From positions 66,490 through 130,489 of the forward strand of contig JAMHWA010000009.1 in assembly GCA_035911175.1 (NCBI GenBank): 64,000 nucleotides of DNA. Reading direction: 5' to 3'. Positions 27,694 to 38,002 of this stretch are shown piece by piece. A program made the position numbers and the translations under genes. This stretch comes from Alphaproteobacteria bacterium (GTDB taxonomy: Bacteria > Pseudomonadota > Alphaproteobacteria > Rickettsiales > UBA3002). Within the stretch, counting starts at the first letter, position 1; the number at the start of each line of letters is the position of its first letter. Under the pieces are notes generated by a model. That model did no database searches, was not told the DNA's origin, and saw nothing but the letters and a program-made list of their open reading frames with translations.

Positions 27694-28479
27694 ATGATTT
27701 TTGAAGATGTATTTAAGCCGATTCATGCTGGCCACCTTACCCTGAGGTTGGCGGAGAACGAGGCGGATGTCTATGCCGCCCAGCGTTTGCGCTATCGCAT
27801 TTTTTGTGAGGAAATGGGCGCTGCCGCGAACCTTGCGGTTCAGCAACAAAAGCGTGATTTCGACCAATATGATGAAGCGTGCCACCACCTGATTGTAACG
27901 GATAACAACCGCATCGGTGATGCACGTGTGGTGGGAACGTATCGCCTGCTGACACGCACCAACATGGCGAAAATCGGCAGTTTTTACACCGAAACGGAAT
28001 ATGATATCGGTGCGCTGAAGGCGAACCCCGTCGAGATTATGGAGCTGGGGCGTAGTTGTGTGGAGCAGCAATACCGCACCCGCCCTGTCATTCAAATGCT
28101 ATGGCAGGGGATTGGTTCGTTCATTGCCGCCAAGAATGTGAAGCTGTTATTCGGCTGTGCGAGCTTTCACGGGGTGAACGTGAAGGAGCATATTCATGCG
28201 CTTTCCTATCTCTACCATTTCCACATGGCGCCTGAAGGGATTCGTCCCGTGGCACTGCCCGCGCATTATGTGAACATGAATCTGATGCCTAAGGAAGAAG
28301 TGAACCCTCGCGCGGCACTCGTGGTTCTTCCGCCGCTGATCAAAGGTTATCTGCGCCTGAATGGCCATGTGGGCGATGGTGCAGTGATTGACTATGCGTT
28401 CAACACTACTGATGTTTCCATTGTGGTGCAAACCGACATGCTGCAAGCGCGGTATGCTGACCGCTATATGCCGGAATAG
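27694..28479 (+). CDS. olsB: Ornithine-acyl-ACP N-acyltransferase (GNAT/hemolysin-like)
   Basis: LRLAENEADVYAAQRLRYRIFCEEMGA ... TYRLL ... ELGRSCV pattern, with the adjacent PlsC-type olsA. Confidence 0.8.
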   Translation: MIFEDVFKPIHAGHLTLRLAENEADVYAAQRLRYRIFCEEMGAAANLAVQQQKRDFDQYDEACHHLIVTDNNRIGDARVVGTYRLLTRTNMAKIGSFYTETEYDIGALKANPVEIMELGRSCVEQQYRTRPVIQMLWQGIGSFIAAKNVKLLFGCASFHGVNVKEHIHALSYLYHFHMAPEGIRPVALPAHYVNMNLMPKEEVNPRAALVVLPPLIKGYLRLNGHVGDGAVIDYAFNTTDVSIVVQTDMLQARYADRYMPE

Positions 28480-28483
28480 CACC

Positions 28484-29287
28484 ATGGACGCGACGTTGAC
28501 GCCTTTTCCTCGTTCTCGCTTGCGCGCGGTGGTGCGTGTGCTTCTGTTTGTGATGATTACCGTTACGCTTGTTATCCCTGCGCTCATGCTGTGGTGCCTA
28601 GCCATTGAACGCCCACGCGCGCGCATAGCGCAATGCTTCTTTATTTTGCTTAGCCGCGCCATGGGGTTGCAAGTGAGCATTACGGGAACGCCTGCGAAAG
28701 ACAGGCCACTGATGTTGGTGGCGAACCATTCCAGCTACCTCGATATTATGGTGCTGGGTGCGCTGATGCCGCTGTCGTTCACTCCTAAAAAAGAAATCCG
28801 CAGTTGGCCTATTATTGGCTTTCTGTGTGTGTTGGCGGATAGTGTGTTTGTGGAGCGCCGCGCGGCGGATATGCAGCGCGTGCAGGCTGAAATGGCCAGC
28901 CGCCTATCGAGCGGTAAGGTGCTAGGGCTGTTCCCCGAAGGGACGACGGGCGATGGCTTCAACGTGATGCCATTCAAAAGCGGCTTTTTCAGCCTTGCGG
29001 AAAATTTTGATTTGCCAGTGCAGCCCATTAGCATTGCCTATAAATCGGTTGCAGGAATTCCGCTGAGTGCTGCCACGCGCGAGCAAGTTTCGTGGGTAGG
29101 GGATGCAACCTTGGTCGCCCATTTGTGGAGCATGTTCCAGTTCCCCAACGTGCAAATTGGCGTGACGTTCTATGACGTGGAGCGCATTGGCACGTATGGC
29201 GACAGAAAAGGCCTGTCCAAAGCATGCGAGAACACGATCCGCGCGGGCTTAAGCAAAGAACTGGAGGCCGCTGGTGTCCTTGGTTGA
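28484..29287 (+). CDS. olsA: Lyso-ornithine lipid O-acyltransferase (PlsC family)
   Basis: LVANHSSYLDIMVL (HX4D box) and FPEGTTGDG. Start ATG 28484, 5 nt after the olsB stop. Confidence 0.8.
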   Translation: MDATLTPFPRSRLRAVVRVLLFVMITVTLVIPALMLWCLAIERPRARIAQCFFILLSRAMGLQVSITGTPAKDRPLMLVANHSSYLDIMVLGALMPLSFTPKKEIRSWPIIGFLCVLADSVFVERRAADMQRVQAEMASRLSSGKVLGLFPEGTTGDGFNVMPFKSGFFSLAENFDLPVQPISIAYKSVAGIPLSAATREQVSWVGDATLVAHLWSMFQFPNVQIGVTFYDVERIGTYGDRKGLSKACENTIRAGLSKELEAAGVLG

Positions 29288-29834
29288 GATTAGCCCCGAA
29301 AGCCACGATGTCCGCATTGATTTGAAATATGCGACGAAGGATAATTTCACGGGCAAGCCTGTCTACCGCAAGGACGCAAAATGCTACCTGAATACGGAAG
29401 CGGCCAAGCTGCTGACACGCGCGGTGGAGCTGGCCAAAACGCAGGGCTATCGCTTTATTATCTACGATGCGTTTCGCCCCACGGAAGCGCAATGGAAGCT
29501 GTGGGAGCACACCCCTGACCCGCATTTTTTGGCCGACCCTGCGAAGGGTTCGCCGCACTCGCGCGGGGCGGCGGTGGATTTGGTGCTGTGCCGCTGGGAT
29601 TGGACACCGCTCGACATGGGCACCGCGTTTGATGAATTCCACCCGCGCTCGCACCATGGGCGGCTGGATATCAACGCCGAAGCGCAGCGCAACCGCCTGC
29701 TGCTGATGGGAATAATGACCACGGCAGGCTGGGATTTTTATCGCAATGAATGGTGGCACTACCAGCTATTCAACGCCCGTGCGCTCTATCCGCTTTATTC
29801 GGATAAGGATGCACCCAGCCGAGTGATGCCGTAG
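29274..29834 (+). CDS. ddpX: D-alanyl-D-alanine dipeptidase (VanX/DdpX, peptidase M15D)
   Basis: IDLKYATKDNFTG; YDAFRP; SPHSRGAAVDL; EWWHY. The GTG start overlaps olsA by 14 nt. Confidence 0.85.
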   Translation: MSLVEISPESHDVRIDLKYATKDNFTGKPVYRKDAKCYLNTEAAKLLTRAVELAKTQGYRFIIYDAFRPTEAQWKLWEHTPDPHFLADPAKGSPHSRGAAVDLVLCRWDWTPLDMGTAFDEFHPRSHHGRLDINAEAQRNRLLLMGIMTTAGWDFYRNEWWHYQLFNARALYPLYSDKDAPSRVMP

Positions 29835-29874
29835 CGCTAGACACATCCGCTAATTTCCCCTAAACCCGCGCGCG

Positions 29875-30396
29875 ATGGACAGCTTGTTCGATATCTTGGA
29901 AATGCCCGCGACGTTTGCGCTGAACTTAGCGCAGCTCGAGAAGGCGTATTTTGCTGCCCAGCGCGCGACGCACCCCGACCGCTTTATCGGCAAGCCTGAA
30001 GCGGAGCGGGTGGAAGCTGTACGCCGCTCGACCTTGGTAAACGATGCATACGAAACCCTCAAAAACCCACTCACCCGCGCCGAGCATTTGCTGGAGTTGC
30101 AGGGCATTGATGCACTGAGCGATGATGCAACCGTGCCTCCAGCCATCCTGATGGAGATGATGGAGCTGCGCGAGCGGGTGATGGATGCAGGGCAGGATGG
30201 AGCGGCGCTGGCGGGGATTGTTTCGGAAATTAAGGCGCTGGCGGCAGCAAATGAGAAGGCGCTCGCGGAGGCTTTCGCCGCAGCGGATTACCCGCGCGCA
30301 ACCAGCGAAACGATTCGCCTGCAATATTTGGGCAAGGCGATGGAAGCGGCGCATATGCTAATTTATCGACTGAAGGCGGCACACGCACATGGTTAA
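29875..30396 (+). CDS. hscB: Fe-S cluster co-chaperone HscB
   Basis: J-domain [17 protein letters not shown], followed by a helical C-domain. It lies immediately upstream of hscA. Confidence 0.88.
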   Translation: MDSLFDILEMPATFALNLAQLEKAYFAAQRATHPDRFIGKPEAERVEAVRRSTLVNDAYETLKNPLTRAEHLLELQGIDALSDDATVPPAILMEMMELRERVMDAGQDGAALAGIVSEIKALAAANEKALAEAFAAADYPRATSETIRLQYLGKAMEAAHMLIYRLKAAHAHG

Positions 30397-32239
30397 TCTT
30401 TTGCAAATACATGAACCTGGGCAAACGCCTCTGCCACATGCAGACACGGTGGCGATTGGCATTGATTTGGGCACAACACACAGCGTGGTGGCGATTGCCA
30501 CGAATGGCGAAGCCGAGGCGATTGCCGATGCGCACGGGCGGGCGATTATTCCCTCGATGGTGCTGTATACGGATAATTCTGCGAGCGTCGGGCACGAAGC
30601 GCGCAAATCTTACGGCGAGGGCGAGGCGGGCGTGATCGCCTCCATCAAGCGCCTGATGGGCAAGGCCGCGGCGGATATTGATGCGGTGGCGGGGCAGTTG
30701 CCGTATGATTTGGATACGGAATGCGAAGGCATGGTGCGCGTGAAAGTGGGCGACCGCGTGCTGACACCGGTTGAGGTTTCGGCGGATATTTTGCGCCACT
30801 TGAAGGATATGGCCTCTGACGCGCTGGGGCGCGAGGTTGGCAAGGCGGTGATTACGGTGCCTGCCTATTTCGATGATGCTGCACGAGCCGCAACCAAGGA
30901 CGCTGCGCGCCTTGCGGGGCTTGAGGTGTTGCGCCTAATTAACGAGCCAACAGCCGCCGCGTTGGCCTATGGCCTTGACGCCCGCGCGCAGGGCGTGTTC
31001 GCGATTTATGATTTTGGCGGTGGTACGTTTGATATTTCGATTTTGAAGCTGGAAGAGGGCGTGTTTCAGGTGCTTTCGACGGCGGGAGATACAAAGCTCG
31101 GTGGTGATGATATCGACCACGCGATTGCCGCGAAGGTGATGGAAAAGGCAGGCACCCAAACGGAAAGCCTGACGCCTGCCGAGCTTGGCGAATTGCTGGC
31201 ACTGTGTCGCACAGCTAAAGAGGCGTTGAGCAACGGTGCGATCACAGAAATTGTTTGGAATGGTGTTGGCTTCGCGCTCGATGTGCCAATGCTGGAACGC
31301 CTGATGGAACCGCTGATTGCGCGCACGCTGGCGTGCTGTGAGGGGGCGTTGAACGATGCGAAATTGACGCCGCAGGCAGTTACGGGCGTGGTGTTGGTGG
31401 GTGGCTCCACACGTATTCCGCTGGTGAAGGCAAAGGTGGAAGCGTTGTTTGGTAAAAAGCCGCTGGATAGTGTGGACCCTGATTTGGTGGTGGCGCTGGG
31501 TGCGGCACTGCAGGCCGAGGCGTTGACGAAGGGCTCGGATAATTTGTTGCTGGATGTGACGCCGCTCTCGCTCGGGCTTGAAACCGTGGGCGGGATTGTT
31601 GAGAAGCTGATTTACCGCAATACGCCCATCCCTGCTGCGGTGGCGCAAGAATTTACGACCTATCAGGATGGGCAGACGGCCATGAGCATCCATGTGGTGC
31701 AGGGCGAGCGTGAAAAAGTGGCGGATTGCCGAAGCCTCGCGAAGTTTACGCTGCGTGGCATTCCCCCCATGGTGGCGGGTGCGGCGCGCATCGAGGTGCG
31801 CTTTGCGCTGGATGCCGATGGCTTGCTGACTGTGGCAGCAAAGGAACTGCTGACCAATACCGAGCAGAAGGTTGAGGTTAAACCCTCGTATGGCCTTGCG
31901 TTCGAGGAAATCGAACGTATGGTTGCCGACAGTATGCAGCATGCCCGTGCGGATATTACCGAGCGGTTGTTGATTGAGGCGCGGGTGGAAGCCGAGCGGG
32001 CGTTGAACGATGTTGCTTCGGCCATCAAGGCGGATGCGGCACTGCTGAAACCGGGTGAAGAGGCTATGATTAATGGCCAAATTGCGCGGGTGAAGGAAAT
32101 GATGGCGGGAACTAACCGCGAGCGAATTGACCACGAGGTGCACCAATTGAATGCGCTGGTTGGCCCCTTCGCCGAGAGGCGCATGAATGCTTCGATAGCA
32201 GCGGCGCTATCGGGACGAAACGTGGATGAAGTGAACTAG
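30389..32239 (+). CDS. hscA: Fe-S protein assembly chaperone HscA (Hsp70 family)
   Basis: [10 protein letters not shown]-terminus, [36 protein letters not shown]. Confidence 0.95.
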   Translation: MVNLLQIHEPGQTPLPHADTVAIGIDLGTTHSVVAIATNGEAEAIADAHGRAIIPSMVLYTDNSASVGHEARKSYGEGEAGVIASIKRLMGKAAADIDAVAGQLPYDLDTECEGMVRVKVGDRVLTPVEVSADILRHLKDMASDALGREVGKAVITVPAYFDDAARAATKDAARLAGLEVLRLINEPTAAALAYGLDARAQGVFAIYDFGGGTFDISILKLEEGVFQVLSTAGDTKLGGDDIDHAIAAKVMEKAGTQTESLTPAELGELLALCRTAKEALSNGAITEIVWNGVGFALDVPMLERLMEPLIARTLACCEGALNDAKLTPQAVTGVVLVGGSTRIPLVKAKVEALFGKKPLDSVDPDLVVALGAALQAEALTKGSDNLLLDVTPLSLGLETVGGIVEKLIYRNTPIPAAVAQEFTTYQDGQTAMSIHVVQGEREKVADCRSLAKFTLRGIPPMVAGAARIEVRFALDADGLLTVAAKELLTNTEQKVEVKPSYGLAFEEIERMVADSMQHARADITERLLIEARVEAERALNDVASAIKADAALLKPGEEAMINGQIARVKEMMAGTNRERIDHEVHQLNALVGPFAERRMNASIAAALSGRNVDEVN

Positions 32240-32257
32240 TAAGACAACGAGAGAGAA

Positions 32258-32596
32258 ATGCCTAAAATTACCTTTGTACTGAACGATGGAACAGAAAAAA
32301 CGGTGGATGCGCCCAACGGCATTTCGCTGCTGGAAGTGGCACACAAGAATGCTGTCTCGCTTGAGGGCGCATGCGAAGGATCGCTGGCGTGCAGCACCTG
32401 CCACGTGATTGTGGATGAGGCGTTTTACAAGCAATTGCCCAAAGCAACGGATGATGAGGAAGACATGTTGGATTTGGCCTTTGGCCTCACCCATACCTCG
32501 CGTCTTGGCTGCCAAATTATGATGAATGACAGCTTGGATGGCTTGAAAGTGAAGTTGCCAAGCGCAACCCGCAACATGCAAGTTGATAAGAAATAA
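32258..32596 (+). CDS. fdx: [2Fe-2S] ferredoxin, adrenodoxin/ISC type
   Basis: [14 protein letters not shown] ... LGCQI cysteine pattern; 112 aa. Confidence 0.92.
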   Translation: MPKITFVLNDGTEKTVDAPNGISLLEVAHKNAVSLEGACEGSLACSTCHVIVDEAFYKQLPKATDDEEDMLDLAFGLTHTSRLGCQIMMNDSLDGLKVKLPSATRNMQVDKK

Positions 32597-32610
32597 CCCC
32601 TCACAACGAG

Positions 32611-34116
32611 ATGAACATGACCGAGCCAACACCTGCTGAAACTGTAACCAAGAAAAAGCGCAATCTCCTTCTGCCTATCGCTGGGGTTGTCATCGCGATT
32701 GCGGTGGGCGGCTTTGTGGCTTCCCGCATGGGGCTCGATAAGGCGCTGGTGAAACAGCAAGTGGATGCGTTCATTGTACAGATTAAGGAAGAGGGGCGCG
32801 CGGGTGGTCGCGACATCAACCTGATGTACGCTGATCTTGAGGTGGCTGGTAGCTTTACAAGTAAGCATGTTGTTATGCGTGAGCCAGTGCTGACGATTAA
32901 ACCGCTTGATGAGGGCACAGCAGCGCAAGGCTCAAGCGGCAAATCGGATGCGCTGCGTATTACGACGCCTGCGATTGAAATTTATCCGAGCGTTTCGAGT
33001 ACGACGATCAAGGCTGCGCAGCCGATTGACTTTGCGGATTTGAAAGCGCCAGAAAAATCGTTGCTGAAAATCAAGAGCAACGTGCCGCAGGAAGTTGTAG
33101 CTTCCCAGAGCAAGGTTGGAGAAGTGAGCTTTGGCAGAATCGAATACCGTATGCCAAGCCAAATGGACTTTACCTACCTCAAGGAGCAGCAAGCAATTGG
33201 CGGTGAAAGTGAAACGCCAACGGTTGTTCCTGTGTATGAGAGCATGATCGTTACCGCAGCGTCGGGCGGTACGGTAATCGCCAATATGGCAGAAGATGAA
33301 AGCGGCTTGGGTGACGCAGCGATTGACCTTAAGGACGTCGCGTTCTCTCCGCAAATTGATCCGAGCCGTGCAGTTAAACTGGCAGAGCTAACTGGAAAAT
33401 GGAGCAATAAGCTGAACGAGAAAAAGCTGAATGTGGTGGCTGCTAGCCTAAAAGCGGGTCCGCTCTCTTCGGTTGATCCGTCGTTCCCTTACCTGCCCAT
33501 CGCGCTTTCTTTAGATGCTAGCTATGAAGGAGCAATGCCCAAGAACGCAGAGGCGGTTGCTAATATTCAGTCGCCTGAATCTGTGATGGTGTTGAAACAT
33601 CTTGAATTGACCACTAAAGATGCCGCATTGAAAGCAACGGCAAACTTTACGGCCAGCGCAGAAGATTCGATGCCTGTGGGTACGGCGAATATCAGCCTTA
33701 CGAATGTGCCGTTTGTCCTAGCGGAGCTGAGCAAATATGGTGTGATCGATAAGGCGAGTGAGCCAGTGATTGTGGCACTGCTTGTGAAAATTACAGCAAC
33801 GCCTGCCGAGCAATTGAAAGATGCTGTGATTCCTATTGAGCGTGCGCGTGGTGGTGTGTTCAAGATTGGCGCATCAACCTTTGAAGAGCTCTTTGCGGTA
33901 TTCCTCCAGCAAGCAATCGAGAGTAAACGTGGTGCCATGATGCCATCAGCGCCGAACGGCAATGCTCCCGCCGCGGATGCGCCCGCTGCCGATGCTCCTG
34001 CACCCTCGCCAGATAAATCGAGTGAGTTGAACACGCCGTTGGTGCCACAGTTGCCGCCTTCGAATAAAGTGAAGCTTGCTCCTATCGAAGTTCCAGATCC
34101 TAGCGTTCGGGGCTAA
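32611..34116 (+). CDS. N-terminally membrane-anchored protein, DUF2125-like, with an Ala/Pro-rich C-terminal tail
   Basis: TM helix LLLPIAGVVIAIAVGGFV, then INLMYADLEVAGSFTSKHVVMREPVLTI, which parallels the motif of ORF 22565-23248. The tail reads APAADAPAADAPAPSP. Confidence 0.55.
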   Translation: MNMTEPTPAETVTKKKRNLLLPIAGVVIAIAVGGFVASRMGLDKALVKQQVDAFIVQIKEEGRAGGRDINLMYADLEVAGSFTSKHVVMREPVLTIKPLDEGTAAQGSSGKSDALRITTPAIEIYPSVSSTTIKAAQPIDFADLKAPEKSLLKIKSNVPQEVVASQSKVGEVSFGRIEYRMPSQMDFTYLKEQQAIGGESETPTVVPVYESMIVTAASGGTVIANMAEDESGLGDAAIDLKDVAFSPQIDPSRAVKLAELTGKWSNKLNEKKLNVVAASLKAGPLSSVDPSFPYLPIALSLDASYEGAMPKNAEAVANIQSPESVMVLKHLELTTKDAALKATANFTASAEDSMPVGTANISLTNVPFVLAELSKYGVIDKASEPVIVALLVKITATPAEQLKDAVIPIERARGGVFKIGASTFEELFAVFLQQAIESKRGAMMPSAPNGNAPAADAPAADAPAPSPDKSSELNTPLVPQLPPSNKVKLAPIEVPDPSVRG

Positions 34117-34118
34117 TC

Positions 34119-35942
34119 ATGGCGAAGCAACCTGCTAAAAAGATCGCGGCTAAGAAAGCGCCTGCGAAAGTGGTAAAGTCGCTTCCAGTATGGGATTTGA
34201 CGGATTTCTACGCCTCGCCAAAGGACCCCAAAATTGCGGCCGAGTTTAAGGCGCTCGAGAAAGAAGCGAGCGCGTTTGCCAAGGCCAATATGGGTAAGCT
34301 TGCCAAGCTGAGCGCCGATGCGCTGGCCAAAGCGGTGGCCGAGTTTGAGGCGATGCAAGATGGGCTCGGCAAAATTGGTAGCTATGCGCAATTGATCTAT
34401 GCCAGCGATATGAGCAACCCTGTGCACACGCAGTTTTACCAGAATGCGCAGGAGCAGCTGACAGTCATTAGCAGCCAGCTTATTTTCTTTACACTGGAAC
34501 TGAACAAGCTGAGTGATGGGCAGCTGGCGAAGGGGTACAAAACCTCGAAGAAGCTGGCGCATTACAAGCCGTGGCTCGACGCCGTGCGCAGCTATAAGCC
34601 CTACCAGTTGAGTGATGAGCTTGAGGGCTACATCCACGAAACTTCGGTGACGATGGGCGCGTGGCAGCGTTTGTTCGATGAGAGCATCTCGCGCTTAGAA
34701 TTCACCGTCGATGGCAAGAAAATGACCGAGCCACAAGCGCTGGATTTGCTGTCGGGCAAGGATGCGAAGAAGCGCAAATCCGCCGCGAAGGAAGTGGCGC
34801 GCGTGTTTGCCGCCAACGCGCCGCTGTTTGCCCTGATTACGAATACGCTCGCCAAAGCGAAGCATATCGAGGATGAGAAACGCAATTTTGCGAAGCCCAT
34901 CAGCAGCCGCAACGTGAGCAATCAGGTTGAGGATGAAGTGGTGGAGGCGCTCATTGCCACCGTGAAGAAGAATTATAAAAACCTCGCGCACAAATATTAC
35001 GCGTGGAAGGCCAAGCAATTCGACGTGAAAGCGCTGGATTATTGGGACCGCAACGCGCCACTGCCCGCCGCGAGCGACAAGCGCATCGACTGGGCGGATG
35101 GCGTGAAGCTGGTGCGCGAGGCGTATAAGGCGTTCTCGCCAGAACTCGCCAAAGTGGGCGACAAATTTTTTGATAATGCATGGATTGATGTGCCAGTGCG
35201 TGCGGGCAAAGCCACGGGCGCATTTGCGCACCCCACTGTGCCCAGCGTGCACCCGTATTTACTGCTGAACTACATGGGCAAAACGCGCGACGTGATGACG
35301 CTGGCGCATGAGTTGGGGCATGGCGTGCACCAAGTGCTGAGCGCTGGCCAAGGCGCGCTGATGGCCGACACGCCGCTAACACTAGCCGAGACGGCGAGCG
35401 TGTTTGGAGAGATGTTGACCTTCCAAGAGCTGTTGAACCGCGAGACAAATAAGAAAAATCGCCAGCTACTCATCGCGGGGAAAATTGAGGATATGCTCAA
35501 TACCGTGGTGCGCCAGATTGCTTTCTGCGAGTTCGAACGCATGGTGCATGCGGAGCGCCGCTACGGCGAATTATCGGTCGAGCGCATTGGCGAGATCTGG
35601 ATGCAGGTCTCGGCGGAGTCGCTGGGGCCGGCGATCAAGCTGCACCCTGAATATTCCAGCTATTGGATGTACATTCCGCACTTCATCCACTCGCCATTTT
35701 ATGTCTATGCCTATGCGTTTGGCGATTGCTTGGTGAACTCGCTCTATGGCGTTTACCTGCGTGAGAAGAAGGCGGGCAAAGCGGATGCATTCACGAAGAA
35801 ATACCTGACGATGCTGAAGGCAGGTGGCTCACTTCGCCACAAGGAATTGCTGAAGCCGTTCGGGCTGGATGCTAGCAAGCCTGACTTTTGGCAGGCGGGG
35901 CTGGATGTGATTGCTGGGTATATTGGGCAGTTGGAAAAATAA
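34119..35942 (+). CDS. pepF: Oligoendopeptidase F family (peptidase M3B)
   Basis: 607 aa. HELGHGVH zinc motif with a downstream ETASVFGE. Confidence 0.85.
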   Translation: MAKQPAKKIAAKKAPAKVVKSLPVWDLTDFYASPKDPKIAAEFKALEKEASAFAKANMGKLAKLSADALAKAVAEFEAMQDGLGKIGSYAQLIYASDMSNPVHTQFYQNAQEQLTVISSQLIFFTLELNKLSDGQLAKGYKTSKKLAHYKPWLDAVRSYKPYQLSDELEGYIHETSVTMGAWQRLFDESISRLEFTVDGKKMTEPQALDLLSGKDAKKRKSAAKEVARVFAANAPLFALITNTLAKAKHIEDEKRNFAKPISSRNVSNQVEDEVVEALIATVKKNYKNLAHKYYAWKAKQFDVKALDYWDRNAPLPAASDKRIDWADGVKLVREAYKAFSPELAKVGDKFFDNAWIDVPVRAGKATGAFAHPTVPSVHPYLLLNYMGKTRDVMTLAHELGHGVHQVLSAGQGALMADTPLTLAETASVFGEMLTFQELLNRETNKKNRQLLIAGKIEDMLNTVVRQIAFCEFERMVHAERRYGELSVERIGEIWMQVSAESLGPAIKLHPEYSSYWMYIPHFIHSPFYVYAYAFGDCLVNSLYGVYLREKKAGKADAFTKKYLTMLKAGGSLRHKELLKPFGLDASKPDFWQAGLDVIAGYIGQLEK

Positions 35943-35946
35943 GTTT

Positions 35947-35974
35947 CGTCATTCCAGCTTTCGCTGCAATGACG
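35947..35974. repeat. REP-like palindromic element, copy 1 (CGTCATTCCAGCTTTCGCTGCAATGACG); probable bidirectional terminator
   Basis: 12-nt arms (11 pairs plus one C/C mismatch) around a TTTC loop, located between the convergent pepF and bioA stops. Confidence 0.7.
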
Positions 35975-35975
35975 G

Positions 35976-37250
35976 TTATTTCAATACCGCGCCAATCGCC
36001 GTGAAGATTTTCTCAAGCTCCGCATCGCTCATCACCAGCGGTGGCATGAGGTAGAGGCAGTGGCCGAAGGGGCGCAGCCATACACCGTGGGTGATGAATT
36101 CCTGACGTAGGCGCTGGTTGTTTTCAGCATCGCTATTCATCTCAATCACGCCGATGGCGCCTTTGACGCGCACATCCACCACACCATTTTTTTGTCTGAA
36201 GGGTCTTAGACCCTCCCACAGTTTTTGCTCTAGTGCCTCGGCTTGTACTACGCGAGGCTCGCGCTCGAACAGATCGAGCGAGGCATTGGCAGCAGCACAG
36301 GCGATTGCGTGCGCCATGTAGGTGGGGCCGTGCATGAGCGCTTTTTCATATTCGGTGCCGAGGAAGGCGTTGAACACTTTGGCATTGGCAAGTGTGGCGG
36401 CAAGGGGCATGTGGCCACCACTGAGCGCTTTGCCAAGGCAGAGAATGTCGGGCTCGATCGCTGCCTCGTGGCAGGCGAACAGGCTGCCCGTGCGTGCGAA
36501 GCCCGTGGCGATTTCATCCGCAATGAACAAAATATCGTGCTCGCGGCAGACGCGGCGGATTTCGGAAAGGATATCGGGTGAGTGGAACTTGAAGCCACCC
36601 GCTGCCTGCACCAACGGCTCGATGATGAGGGCGGCAGTGCTGCTTTTAATGGCCGCAATCGTATCAGCAAATTCGGCAAAGCTGTATTCATCCGTCGGGA
36701 TGTCGAGTGTGAAGTTGCGGTTGGTTAGATTGTCGTAGGCGTGGTTGAATTCGCTGCTCGCGCTCACGCTCATCGCGCCCACGGTGTCGCCGTGATAGCC
36801 GTTGTTGAAGCAGATGAATTTCGATTTTTTGGGCTGGCCGAGATTGCGCCAATATTGCAGCGCCATTTTGAGGGCGACTTCGACCGCGACGGAGCCAGAC
36901 TCGCTGAAAAACACGCGCTCCATGCCCATACCAGCGGTTTTGCACAGGCGGGCGGCAAGGTTGTAAGCCTGCTCGTGCGCGAGGCCGCCGAACATGACGT
37001 GTGAAAGCGTGGAGGCTTGCTTGGTGATGGCTTCGACAATATGCGGGTGCTGATAACCATGGCACATGCTCCACCAGCTGGCGGTGCCATCAATCAGCTC
37101 GCGCCCATCAGCCAGTTTAATGCGGCAGCCGCTTGCGCCCACCACCGCCTCGGGCATGGCGGCCGTTTGCATCTGCGTATAGGGCAGCCAGATGTGCTGG
37201 TATCCGCTTTCTAGCCATGCTGGATTGCTGTTTAACGTATTGTTTTTCAA
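35976..37250 (-). CDS. bioA: Adenosylmethionine-8-amino-7-oxononanoate aminotransferase
   Basis: HIWLPYTQMQ; class-III aminotransferase motifs (FSESGSVAVE, ADEIATGFARTG). Confidence 0.9.
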   Translation of the reverse strand: MKNNTLNSNPAWLESGYQHIWLPYTQMQTAAMPEAVVGASGCRIKLADGRELIDGTASWWSMCHGYQHPHIVEAITKQASTLSHVMFGGLAHEQAYNLAARLCKTAGMGMERVFFSESGSVAVEVALKMALQYWRNLGQPKKSKFICFNNGYHGDTVGAMSVSASSEFNHAYDNLTNRNFTLDIPTDEYSFAEFADTIAAIKSSTAALIIEPLVQAAGGFKFHSPDILSEIRRVCREHDILFIADEIATGFARTGSLFACHEAAIEPDILCLGKALSGGHMPLAATLANAKVFNAFLGTEYEKALMHGPTYMAHAIACAAANASLDLFEREPRVVQAEALEQKLWEGLRPFRQKNGVVDVRVKGAIGVIEMNSDAENNQRLRQEFITHGVWLRPFGHCLYLMPPLVMSDAELEKIFTAIGAVLK

Positions 37251-37365
37251 TGATTGCCTGCAGCTTGTTTGAGTTCAGTATAGCGCAAGCTTCATGAAAC
37301 TGTCACACAAAAAGGAGGTTAGACTGGGTATTATCTGAGCAGAGCTAGCATATTTGGAGAGAGTT

Positions 37366-38001
37366 ATGGATTCACAGACCCGCGCGCAAAAAATAGAAGC
37401 ATTGGTTGGTGCACTCTCGGCTCCGACGCCGCGTAGCGAGGATGCAGCGTTGCTTGCCAGTGATGTAAGTTCGCTTGGGATCTCTCTGAGGGCTGAGAAT
37501 TTATTGAAAGCAAATAATATGCAGACTGTGGGCGATGTTGTGGGGAAAACAGAAGCCTCGTTGGTGGAAGCGCTGAGTGGTGGAAGCAAGTTTGCGCAAG
37601 AAGTAATTGAAGCGGTGAAAAGCCGTGGCCTCTCGTTTGAGGGCAGTCTTTATGAGGGGGATGCTGTCAAATTTAAATTTCCAGTCGAGATTGCTGATGG
37701 AAATAGAAAAAAATCAGATGACGTATTTTCATCTTCGGACCCCATTTTTTCGGGTACCATCATTGGGTTCCCGACTGCGCTTGCGGCGCAGGCGTTTGTG
37801 AATGCAGCAAGGCCACTAGCCATTAAAGACCCGTCACTTTTGCCTAACCACCTGATGCTGCTGCCCAGAAAGGATATGTCGGAAGTGAAAGCCTATCCTG
37901 TGTATGTTTCGGATGAGGCGTTACAACGATTGACCGAGCCACAGCATCTTGAAGCGCTCAGTCAATCTCGTCAGACTATTCGTGGTGCCGTTAGAGGCTA
38001 A
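37366..38001 (+). CDS. Hypothetical protein with an RNA polymerase alpha-subunit C-terminal-domain-like (alpha-CTD, HhH) module
   Basis: VSSLGISLRAENLLKANNMQTVGDVVGKTEASLVEALSGGSKFAQEVIEAVKSRGLSFEG aligns with E. coli RpoA [67 protein letters not shown] lies before ATG 37366. Confidence 0.65.
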   Translation: MDSQTRAQKIEALVGALSAPTPRSEDAALLASDVSSLGISLRAENLLKANNMQTVGDVVGKTEASLVEALSGGSKFAQEVIEAVKSRGLSFEGSLYEGDAVKFKFPVEIADGNRKKSDDVFSSSDPIFSGTIIGFPTALAAQAFVNAARPLAIKDPSLLPNHLMLLPRKDMSEVKAYPVYVSDEALQRLTEPQHLEALSQSRQTIRGAVRG

Positions 38002-38002
38002 T

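Noticed and set aside
30935-32146. 403-aa ORF antisense to hscA. The same reasoning covers 30230-30799, 29028-29759, 40849-41574, 46105-46848, 48027-48620, 51326-52237 and 61464-62057.
   Set aside because: All lie inside strongly recognisable genes on the other strand. All are Arg/His/Gln/Cys-rich with no motifs, so they are shadow ORFs.
33955-34010. APAADAPAADAPAP repeat in the tail of ORF 32611-34116, considered as a possible tandem DNA repeat or contingency locus.
   Set aside because: Only about two and a half imperfect units with differing codons. This is ordinary low-complexity linker sequence.
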